A DNA stretch of 64,000 bases from Hydrolagus affinis (taxonomy: Eukaryota): positions 1-64,000 of the forward strand of contig JAAILG010001070.1 of the NCBI GenBank assembly GCA_012026655.1, in the 5' to 3' direction. A model generated the notes under the pieces. The model was not told the DNA's origin. It saw nothing but the letters and a program-made list of their open reading frames with translations, and made no database searches. Made by a program: the position numbers and the translations under genes. Every line of letters starts with the position of its first letter. Within the stretch, counting starts at the first letter, position 1. Of this stretch, positions 22,901 to 34,900 are shown in pieces.

Positions 22901-25900
22901 CAGCCATATCGCTAACTAAAGGGGAGGGTAGCCCTGGCTGGACAGGTAGGGGGTAATTTTTCCAGACAGAGCCCAAAGGGTACCAGTCAGACAAAAGCGA
23001 TAACTGATCACCGTTGCCTCTTGTATCTGATTGGGAATTCAATTATTCTGTGAAATTTTGTGTTTTGTGTCTTTCATTCAGGGCAATGGGAACCTGTGGG
23101 ACTAAGTGCGGGTTGTGTGGGGGATGGTGCAGATTAGATTCCTGTTTTGGGAGAAGGGACAATCTGCTCTCATTCTCCCATTTCAATCGTGCCTTTGGTC
23201 ATTTTCCCATCCCTCCACCTCTCTTAATTCCCATCCCCATCTCGTGAAAAGGTGCTATATAAAGGATTAATTAAGTAATAATTATATAAATAAAATCTGT
23301 TATTGTTGCTACATGGATAGGATTGTGGTAATCTCAGTTGTCAGTTGGGTGGCTTCACGTCAGGAGGTGGGTGATTGGGAAGTTAATTAAAAACCAAAAG
23401 AGGGCCTGCTTCACAGCCAGATTGAAATTTCAAAGCCCTAGAGTTTCAATATTTTCTTATCAGCTGTGCCACCAGGCCCTTTGTAACACTCAAAAAAGCG
23501 CTTTGTTTTGTGAGTAAGAAAGTAAGGATTGCCTGTGCTGTCTGTTATATTTTTCTCAATGATTCAGTAGTATTGTCTTATCAAAAACCAGGTTAATCTT
23601 TCTCAGATTATCATTTGAAAGGATGCAAAAAACAATATGCAGAGTTGCTGTTGCACCTTTCAAAGGCTTATAGCAAGGCTTTCTCTGTGTTTAACGATAA
23701 TTTCATTATCAAGCTTGGGACATAATTTCCAAGTAATTGAAATGTTCTCCAGTATTTGTGTCTAGGATTGTAGAGTTCTCAAATGTTTCTAAAGTCGGGC
23801 TTGTGTTTTGTTTCCCATTTGGAAGAAAAAAGTTGTAAAACACACAATTGTGTACTAGCATTGTAAAAGGTACTTGGCAGCTTTTGTAAATGTTCACTGA
23901 GGTTAGGCATTAAGGGGAAGAGAAGTCTGGCCAAAGTACCGCTCTCTGTAGGAGAGGAGAAGGCCGAGAAAGAACATCACTGGAACTTAGCATATTGCTA
24001 ATGAAGTGTGATAGGTATATTGTTCAGAGCATGTTATAGCAAGGCACAAGCTTTACAATCCCCGATTTCTGCTGGTTGCTATGAAAGTCATCGCTGGTAG
24101 CCCGAACAGGAGCCTGGGTAGAGAGAAACATTACCAGAATCATTGCTAAACCAGCTGAGGTGTGAAGCTAGTTGCTGATACTACATTTGTCATCAGTTAG
24201 TAGCTTTAACATGGTGCTCTGCATGACTTGTGTGAATTTGGTGCATGCAATTGACTCAGAGAGTCAAGTATGGGAGGCCAAGTGCTTTAATGAACCTTAA
24301 TCTCTGTCTGTTTGCCCTTCAACCCATGCCATTTGGGTTTATGCCACAAGATGGTAGTATTTAATGCCATTTATTTCAACATTTTGCGCAGGTTTACATT
24401 CCCTGAACAGAAGTGTATAAATATCCAATTGTATGTCGGCTGTGTTTGTGTTAGTGCCTGAAGTGGGTGTGGGGCAATGTGCAGGAGGGATAGAGATGTT
24501 CTAGTGCAGCATAGAAAATTGTTGAATCTTCCGAGGGCAGGTTTCATGTAACCTGCTCATGTATCCTCATCACAGGGTTTACCTGCCAACACATTTGTTA
24601 TATTGGTAATATGAGGATGTCTAGTTAGAATTGTTCAAATCAGAAAGCGAGATTTACTTTTCGTCTTTTTTGGTCACTTTCCACGACTCTGGCACTAGCT
24701 AAACGCTAGTTTAGTTAACTGTAATACAGGTTGATGCACAATCTGGTTGATTTAAAACTATATCATAATAAATGGAGAAGTGGAGAACGGCAAAGATTTT
24801 ACTGACGTGCCGCAACTCAATTGGGCAAACAACAATAACCCTTTTCTTTGATATAGTGCCTTACACATCATTCCGATGTCTCAAAACACTTCTCTGGATA
24901 AAGTGTAAAGTGAATTGGCTGTATTTTGTGAGCTAAACATGGCATTGAGTTGCGTTCAGCAATGTCCCACAAACAATCATGGAGTGAGTGACTTTTTTAT
25001 TTGGTGCGGTATTGGCTGGGATACCAGAGAGAGAGAGAGAGTTGGGGGACGGAGAGAGATTTGGGGGACAAGAAAATAGATCCCATGTCAAAAGCTGTGA
25101 TGTTGTCCTGAGTAAGGGTGGCAAATGATTAGAAACCTACCTCCTTGTCTGAGTCACTTTATATGAAAAAGATGATGGAGTAAATGGTAATGCTGACTTA
25201 CCTGGGTCCCACCAGTGTCTGTTTAATCAGTGTGCTGCAAAGGTCTTACCTTTTAAGGGTTGGGAAATGCTGTGTCCATTTTAGCAGGCTCTACACTCCA
25301 TCATTTGGTACATTAAAGTGACGCATGTGGCTTACTCCCTACAGGGCCTACTGCCTGGATGGAGTGTTAATGTGTCTGGTAGAAGTGGTGCTGCTTGCAT
25401 GGTGCTGGTGAAGCGTGCAATGGGCAGAGATTTGTGACTTGCCTATTTGAATTCTGTAGAAGTTGGTCACGTTCCGTGCTCCCAATGCTGTGAGACATCT
25501 GAGCTGGTGTGTCTGGAGCTGCACCCTGTTGCGCTCCTCAGTATATTTTAGTTTCAGCTGTGGTGTTGTTTTGGGTTAAAATGAGATGAGGAACCATCAT
25601 GCAGCTACATTAAGGGATCATCTGTGAAGCTGCACGTTCATCCTCTATACAAACTGGAGACTAATTGCACAGGGTGGCTGAGATCTTTGCTGTGTTACTG
25701 GGACATTGCCTGAATATTAATGCACAGCTTGTGGCCATGGCTATCGGGGGGAATCAGATGAGGAATACTGCAGCACCAAACCGTGATATCACCAAACCTG
25801 CTTGTTACTGTAGGCCCATTTTGGGAGCTGAGGATCAGCTGAAATGTGAGGTGATAATTATTCAGTTATGTCATATCATATGGGTGACACGTCATTTATT

Positions 25901-28900
25901 TCGAATATCATTGGTAGAAGACGAGCCACTTGGGATGAGTTTATCGCGTTAACATTTTGATGTAATATGTCACTTCAGACATGAAGTATGTGATGTTACT
26001 ACAGTTTAGGAGGATTGGTAAACAGATGCTTTATTGGGATCCTGATTCCTGCATCAATGTGCTGGAGAATGCTTCAGCCTTGAATTCAAATTGCTGCAAA
26101 TACAACTCATCTTGAAAGTTGTTAAAAGCCAATGGAGGCTGTAGCTGTCTGAGTTAAATCTACTGCTTACAGTGCAGTGAACTTGTCAAGTCTGCATGTT
26201 ACTGGTGTTGCTTGTTAACAAATAGATTACGTTAATTATGAAGAAAAAACCTTAATGCTTTTAATCATGCCTACACAAATTCTCTCAGGTCTTCAGTTCT
26301 CTGTGAGCGATTTACTCCACATAATCTGAACTAATTGGTTTAGAGATACAGACCGATTGAATCTTTGGTTACTAACACATTTATAAGGTGAAATGTTATG
26401 ATTCTCCACTATGAAGTTGGTAGTGCAAACTGTTACCAGCAGTTAGAATAGCTATGTTTCATTGCAGTGTACTTTCCCAGGTTACTAAACACTCAAATTT
26501 TTCTCAGTTTGGCACAGCATTGGGAGATACCTGTGTTCAGAATACTGTGTAGTTAGACAGGCTGGGAATCAATGCTAGGTTTATTACAAACATATTTGGG
26601 GATCCTTGGCCCAAATGTTTGCCTTTATTTTTAATAGTGGTGATCATGCTGCTGCTTTTGACCAAAATGAGCTATTTGTGGAATTAGCTCCATCCTCCAG
26701 TGTGTGAAATGCTTGATCCCGGATCAATAGTTGTCCACCATCCATGGCCTTCTTGGATATGGGAAAAGGATAAGCATTTTCTGTAAAGTGTCTTTGGGAT
26801 ACCGATTGTGTCATTGGCACAGGCTGTCATTCCTATTATGTCATTTTGATTATTGACATTGCTGGTCTTCCAGAGTTGTCCTATATTGGCCAGTGTTTTT
26901 ATTGGATGGATTATTCGATGGATTTGGCAGAACGCCAGAGCTCTCCTTACAGTTCATCTTTGCAATCTGAGGCTTATAAAATTGCACCTGAGATGAACTA
27001 ATTTCCATTTCAGGTTTACATTCACCAGTGACTATTATAGGGAAATGTATTGCAGCTTACCTTCTCACCAGAATGAGCAATATGCACTTAAAGCATATGT
27101 CAGCGTCTTTGTGGCAGATAGTTATACCGAGAGAACTGAAATGTTCCTGCTCTCAAACTGCTGACAGCTTATACCCTATAAATATTAATTTGATAAAAAT
27201 TAGCATAATCTTGCCATGCATAATTGCCTTTGAATGTTGCAGCCTTTGCGGTATTGTGCTGCAGGATTTGGTAAGCCTTGTGGCACCATTTCAGCAAAAG
27301 TACCACTGAATTTAGCCAGGTTATACAAGCCCAGATGGTAAAGCTGAAACTATATTTCCACAGAATTATTTCACAAGATGGTAAAATCATTGTTTTTATG
27401 CCTCGGATACAGCTTAATATTTGGTCTACATTCACAGCTTAGTTGAAATGCATTTAATGCGACCCTTCCTGAGATTCCAGACTCTTGTTCCAATCTGGGC
27501 CTTGGTAAACGATTGAGCTGATTTACTTCAGAATCGTCGCTGAGCAGAGAGAAGCTGAAACCAGGAAAATCATCAGTTGTTCTTTGTACCGATTGTGCCC
27601 TCTTCCTGTTCACTGAGCAGTAGTGAGTGAGGCTGTAAAGATTCCAACAGGGTGTTCTATCAAACCATCAATGACTGAGAGTTCAGCAACTCTTCCCCTG
27701 CTCTCTGGAATTCAGAATCCATTTGTCTAGTGCCCTCTTCCAGCTTTTAAATCCATATCCCCTCCTGGCCCCTCACCCATGTTCCCATTCTGGTTGTTTA
27801 AGTTTTATAATGGGTGTCAGAGGGCTATTGTCTGCTGTCCTGGCTGAGATCAGCTGATAGCACAGCTGGGATTTGATCTGATTTGCGAGCCCGAGCACTC
27901 TATCTGAGTGGTACATTTATCCACTTGGCTGTTGATGGCAAGCATTAAAAGAAAATTCTATAGAAACCTGGGCATTATTGCTTTACTGTGTGTAAAGCAC
28001 CTTTAGAATTCAGAATGGTTTTGGGCTGCACATTCCTAATTGATTCATATTGTACAGCGAGGTATCTCTTCTGGTTTGTCAGATTATTATTTTAGAAAAT
28101 CTTTTGTCAGAAATTAAAATATTCCCAAACTGACACCAGCAGTGATGTGACTGAGCTCACCACTGATTCTAATGAAGTGTATTTTCAATGTGGGTGGATA
28201 GCATTATACACTAATGTCAAAGTGCAAAGCTGATATTTCTATATTTCCCACGGTGATAGATGATCTACACAAGTGCGAATTTCTATCCTTTGGACTTTTC
28301 CTATGTGGGCTTGTTGTTAGAGTGTCAGTCTGCCTGTTGATGGCACTCTCTGATATAGTAGTTTTTGCAATCGTCAAAGTCTCCTCAGCTCTTCACAGAA
28401 TATGCTGTAAAGTGATGTAACTGTATTTTGTGGGCGAACACGGCACACAATTTGTTCCCCACAATGTGCCATAAACAGCCAGGGAGTGAGCGACCAATTT
28501 TATTTGGGGAATGTTGGTCACGACACAGGGAGAGTATGCTTTTTATATCATGCCACCAGATTTTTAATATCCACCTGGAGTTGAGAGTCAGTTTAGACTA
28601 AGGCTCAAGTCAATATTGGCAGAAAAGCTGCAATATTAGAGGTGTTGACTTTTGTATAAGATGTTAAACCCCAGGACTTGTCTGCTTGTTCTGGTGGACA
28701 CTAAGGAAACTGTGGCTGTATTGAATGAGAGAGGAGTTTCTTCCAATATCTTGGCCAACAACCCTCCACAAATATTGTTCATGGATTTTTTTGTGAGACC
28801 ATGTTTGCCTATAAATAGTCATTACACTTAACAGTAATCCCTTTGTACCGCTTTGAGATATTTCAGTGTAATAGTTGCTATAAAGATGCTTGCTTTCCGT

Positions 28901-31900
28901 TAAAGGCCCGTTGCCAATGAGGATGGGAAACAACCAAATCTATGACTTGTATTTCATGAATAAAATATACAAATGATTTGAATCTATAGAAAAGTTTCTA
29001 TTGAATTTTGAAACACTTAGACTTGCCATTGACTAATGTCTTTGTGCTAAAGCGAGGGCTATATTGATTTCAGTAATTAGAAAAGGAAAAGAAAAGGACA
29101 GGTCTCACTATGCTGTATTCAAGCTTGCTTTAATAACAAATCCATTCAAAATGCATTACGAAACTTTCCAGTCAATAAAATGGATTTGTTTAATCTTCAT
29201 CTTAAATACTTTCTTACCTTTTTGGAATCATTTTTCATTGTTAGATGGAAGAAAACCTAGGGAAGTAAACTTCAGAAACTAAGCAGCAGTTGCAGCTGGA
29301 AATTCAATGTCACGAGTCACTTTCCCTCCTTAATCTGAAGCATGACAGGTGAAAGGAACCTGATCTTTTTAACAAAAATTGAACAAGCAGCAAAGAGAGT
29401 ACAAGAAGGTCTTGTTCATCAACAAAGGTAGTAAAATAAGAACAGAGAGGAGGCCATTCCGCCCATCAGAGCTGTTCTGCCATTTTATTAACAGGGCAAA
29501 TCTTCTACTTTTTCTCCATATCTTAATACTATTGCTATCCTTCAAATCTATTTTTCTAGCTGACATTGGTACACAATAAAACTCATAACTCTTACCTTTA
29601 TACATAGTATGTATATAAATAGTTTACATTTATTCCCTATGTACAGGGTTCCAGACTTTGTCAGAGAAAAACGCTTTGGAAACTGGTTGAAGGATGCTCG
29701 TGATTGGGCCATTTCGCGTAACAGATACTGGGGTACCCCCATCCCACTGTGGGTCAGTGATGACTTTGAGGAGGTGAGTTAACCCACGTACACAATGTAA
29801 TTCAGTATAATTCAATGTAATTCTCACACTGGTTCTTTACAAAGATCCAAGGTATATTGTAGGGTCCGTCGATATGGAAATTTTCAGATATCGATATATC
29901 GGTGGGCTCATATCGATATATACTGATATATCGATATTTCCGAGTTTATTGTACTGCGCATGCGCGCACATTCGGAGGTGCGCGTGCATTCGGAGCACTG
30001 AACTATAAGACCTTTTATATCCTTAAGTCTATTATATTAGACTTTTTTTTAGAAAAACAGGATCTTAATTGCAAGCCTACAATTAAAGCAATCAGGTTAG
30101 AATTGCATCTATATCTTATTAATAGATGTACTTGAGCCCATATGTTATTTTTTCAAACATTAAAACGTTCAAAATAAGGCTTGCTTTAAAAGGACGACAC
30201 AGTTATTTAGCTATTTTAATCAACTAGCTTGATTTCAGTATAGAAACAAAATATTTTAGAAATTAGATGTTGAACACTTTATTACAAACCCATATTATAT
30301 GCCACTGGCAAGAGTGTGCTTTTATTATTTTTAAAAAAAAAGTGTTTTATTATGCATTTGCTCTTGCAAAGGACAACTAATATTCCTTACATTTAAGAAT
30401 AATTCACACGTTCGCTCAACTCTCTCACTCACTCATTGCCTAAAATAGATAAATGCTTAACACGTATAATATTACAATCTAGCTCCTCTAAATTCTCAGA
30501 TTCCCAATGTATAGGACGCAGTGGATGGAATAGCATTGGCGGTGAAGCCCAAATGTAAATGATTGCAACTCGCCATTTTTTCTCTCCCCTCTTCTCTCTT
30601 CCCTCCCCCCCCTCATACCTCCCTCCAATACCCACTCCCCTCCCTCTGACTCCCCAATCCTATCACCCACTGTTAAGAGAAAAGACAGAGACAAGCTTTT
30701 AGTTTTTTAGTTCAGTGATTCGGAGGTGCGCAGCATTCGGGGTGTGCGCGCATTCCGGTGTGTGCGCGCATTCGGATGTGCGCGTGCATTTCGTGCTCTA
30801 AGCCCAGGAGGTTTGCAATGCCGGTGACAAGGTAAGCTGGAAAAGTTCGCATTATACCGATTATATCGTCAGGCACGATATACCGATATTTTCAATATAT
30901 CGATTTTTAAAAAATATCGAATTTTTTGATAAACCGATATTTTTGAATTTCTGATATCGGCATATCGATATGAAAAATTATATCGATATAATCGATATAT
31001 CGCCAGACACTAGTATATTGTATAGAAATTGTTCATAATTCTGTTTTTTCTCAAACTGCATCAATCTCTAGGACCACTAGAGAAAGCGAGAGATGGGGTT
31101 TGATGTGTTTCCCTGGCATCCATTCCCTTTAATGTAACATCAAATCGAGTTTCTTAAAACTTGTGGAATATAATTAATAATTGAAGTAAATTTTATAGGC
31201 AAACAGAATCCCCTTTAATTTGAGTGAGTTAGGTTGGTGCAAAAGAAGCTCAGCTGGCACGGGTCTGCTGCACTGCTCGACCCCTCTGTTTCACAATTGG
31301 TGATTGTGCTTTTAGCCACTATGCCCTGAATCTCTGGAACTCATTGTCTCAGTGCCCCTGTCTTGCCCTGTCTTTTGCTGTTTTCAAATAACTACCCAAA
31401 GACTCCTCTTCAACTGTGCCCCTCTTCTCCTGGCTCCACATTGAGCCACTCCAAAAAATTACCCACATGAAGGATGCTATATATTGGTTTGTATTGTAAA
31501 TTAATACCGACTTGTCAATGGCGTACCTCCAATGCATGTGCATTGCATCACAAGTGCTTTGGACCGTCGATAAGATGTGAAAAACACTATATCAAATGCA
31601 AGGATTAATTGCCTTCCTCCTGTGCTTTGGTAGTTTCTATGTGTTTTGTGATTGTGCATAGAAACGCCGAAACTGAAAGTATGTCTTTGTTGCCAGGTGG
31701 TGTGCGTGGGATCAGTGGCAGAGCTGGAAGACCTCAGCGGAATCAAGATTGAGGACCTTCACCGGGAAAGGTGATTCAATTCACTGTATGTTACCATCAT
31801 GGAATCTGCTCTTTTCTCCCCTCCAACCAATCATTCCTACTACTATTTGTACCCTGAAATCCTGTTCAGCACAGTCTGGATAACAGTGTCACATTGCATA

Positions 31901-34900
31901 ATTGGATGTTAGGAATGTGTTCTCTGACTGGATTAAGTCTCATGCACAGAAATAGAGACATCCTATGACATGCTAATAGGGGTTACTGGCAGGATCCAGG
32001 GACGGAGAAAAGATTAGAGAGAAAAAATCCTCACAAACGGTTCCTACTGGATTTGCAATACTGAACAAATGTATTTTTATTGTTCCTTTCTCATTGGGAG
32101 GATGTCTCGAGGCAGATTTAGAAACAATTGCGTGTAAAATCGCAGCAGCTGTGTGACTGTAGTTGTATAAAGATCTGAATGGTAAAAGCTTAAGATGTAA
32201 AGCTTTATACCAGCTTTGAGAATAATTCATCTCACTATTTCATAGAATGCATATAAAACGTTACAGTAGACGAAGAGGCCATTTGGCCACACAACCTTAA
32301 ACTCTATTGAAGCTCAGTATCTAATCCCAATTTCCAGTTCTTCCATGTATCCTTAATCCTCTAGGTATTTACTTCCCTATTAAATGTTACGGGACTGGCA
32401 ACCAGAAGATGCGGGGGGTTGGGTGGGTGGAGACAACAAATATGTGTCTTTCTTTTGCCCAATCAGGCTTGTCTATGTTCCTCGTCTTGACACATGCTGT
32501 TCAGGCTTATAAATGAACAACCAGCCCTGGTCTGAAGGGCTGCCAGTGTGCAGTGTGTAACTAGCCCAGCATGAATTGCCACTTCAACGAGAAGAAATGC
32601 TTGATGGATATAAATGTGGCACTTTAGCAATACACAGCGCTCTTCTTGCCATGGCTGGTGCTGTGCTCTTTCATCTTTTTGTGTAGATCTTTTATTGATG
32701 CATTCTTTATTTTCTTTAGTGTTGATCATATCACCATCCCGTCTCGCTGTGGAAAGGGAGTTCTTTGCCGTATATCCGAGGTGTTTGACTGCTGGTTTGA
32801 AAGTGGAAGCATGCCATATGCTCAGGTTCATTATCCCTTTGAAAACCGGAGAGAGTTCGAGGACAGCTTCCCAGCGGACTTCATTGCTGAAGGAATTGAC
32901 CAAACCAGAGGCTGGTAAAGTTCTCACATTCCCTTACTGCCTCATTGTGTATTATAATAATAATATAATTAATATTATATTACTAATATATTAATATAAT
33001 ATTAATAATGTAATATTATATTAGCAGGTTCTGAGCTTGAAAACGGCAGGGAAAACATTAAGATTGGGGCTGGTAACTTTTTTAAAAAGCACAAATGTCT
33101 TTTTAAACACAAACGTCTTCATCAAGAAGAGGGATGTTTTGCAGGGAAATTACCTTTTTTATTTCTATTTGAGTGTCAGTATAAAAGTGCTCCCATTGTT
33201 ATTGGCCAGCAAAATTGAATGAAGTTTAGCTTGGGCTTTTAACTATATGATACAATAATAATCCTTGCATTTGATATGGTGCCTAATCTTGTTGAGACAC
33301 GTCAAAGTGCTTCACAGGATTTACAGGATGTTTTTTTTTCCCCAGGTTCTACACTTTGCTGGTATTATCGACAGCTTTGTTTGGGAAACCACCCTTCAAG
33401 AACGTCATAGTGAATGGCCTTGTATTGGCCAGGTAAGCTGCTGTGTGCTGCTCTACCTCATTTAACATTAATGTTGTGTTTGTTGCAGCTGGAGTTTTCA
33501 TATTGTGTTGTGTTTTTAACTTTAAACCAGGGTTGAATTAGAAATAGACTATGGTAAGCTTAAGTGTAATGCAATCAGGTGTGCTGAAGTTTATTGTAAA
33601 CACCCATGATCTTATTAGAGCTGCTCTGAAAAATGTCTCGCTGTCTTCTTACAGAGATGAATCTTGAAATTATAGATATTATTTGAATTGTACAGTATAC
33701 TTGTGATAACTCAACCCTGGATTAACTTGTCACCAACCACTTAAATCATCGTGCTGCCAATATCCAGACCGCATTTATTTATGTGTTATACATACGCCTA
33801 ACTCGCCACTGACAACCCATCTTTGAGCTTTTGGAGTATCGAGTTATCAGGGTTAGGGTTAATTGAATTAAATTGTTCTGTAATTTAAGTGATTTACCTG
33901 AAACATTGTGACCTAACTGTTCAGCGCCTTCGGACGTCCTCCCGACATGAAAGGCGCTCTATAAATGTAATTTTGTTGATGTTGTATTCAGTAAATTGCT
34001 TAACTGTTCTTTGCATTCAGTGACGGTCAGAAAATGAGCAAACGCAAGAAGAACTACCCAGATCCGATTGAAGTTGTGAACAGCTACGGCGCTGATGCAC
34101 TGAGGTGAGGTTTTCCTGTCTGTACAGGATGAGCTTTGGTGTAGAAGGTTGCTTTGCTAACTTTTTAAAAAAAAAATTGAATGATCGAGCTCCATAGGCA
34201 AGCAAAAGGTGTACATTAATTAGAGTGGTCCAGGGCGTCTGCAACTGTACAGACAGACAATGATAATGATATTATCGAGCAAGAATGCATCATGTAAGCA
34301 GATCAGGTGTGGTAAACACAGCATCGAGATAGCAGCAGGTTATCTGCCCAGATAATCTGCTGCCGAGTAACTGCTCCTGTTCCCAGGACCTGTGTGTATA
34401 TACACTGCTGCAGTTCAGAAGGTTGAGAGGTGCCGGACGGTGGTACAGTGTGAGTCTGAATCATCTTGACTCAGACATCTGGCCAAAGCAGTCGTTCTTT
34501 TAAAACTCGTTCCTAAAAAACATCTGTAAATGTCCTGCTCTTTGTGCAGCATTATATTTGTGATTATGTTCATGTGCTGCAAACACATGACAAATGATCT
34601 TAAAAATAAAGATGGAAGTCTGCAGTCTCTTATTTAAAAGCCTGTAACTTTCAGGAAATCCTGCCAATATTATGGGAAATGCACTTCCCAAGGATGAATC
34701 CTGTCACACTGCATTAAAGTTTGAAGTTACCCAAGAGGACAACCTGCTGAACCTATTAAGTTGCCAATGCCTGATGGAAATCCTGATATAACATGGCATT
34801 GTGAGCCTCATAATAAAATATGATTCGGAAGATGTCGCTGAGTGCTAATTTTATAAAATGGTGCTTCTATTCAGCACTCTTTTCCAAGAGCCCTGTTCAA

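Noticed and set aside
24389-27023. Shared 13-mer CAGGTTTACATTC at two acceptor-like sites
   Set aside because: One shared 13-mer in an 8.5-kb intron is near chance expectation; no exon ORF
32950-33022. AT-rich quasi-palindromic tract
   Set aside because: Low-complexity slippage sequence
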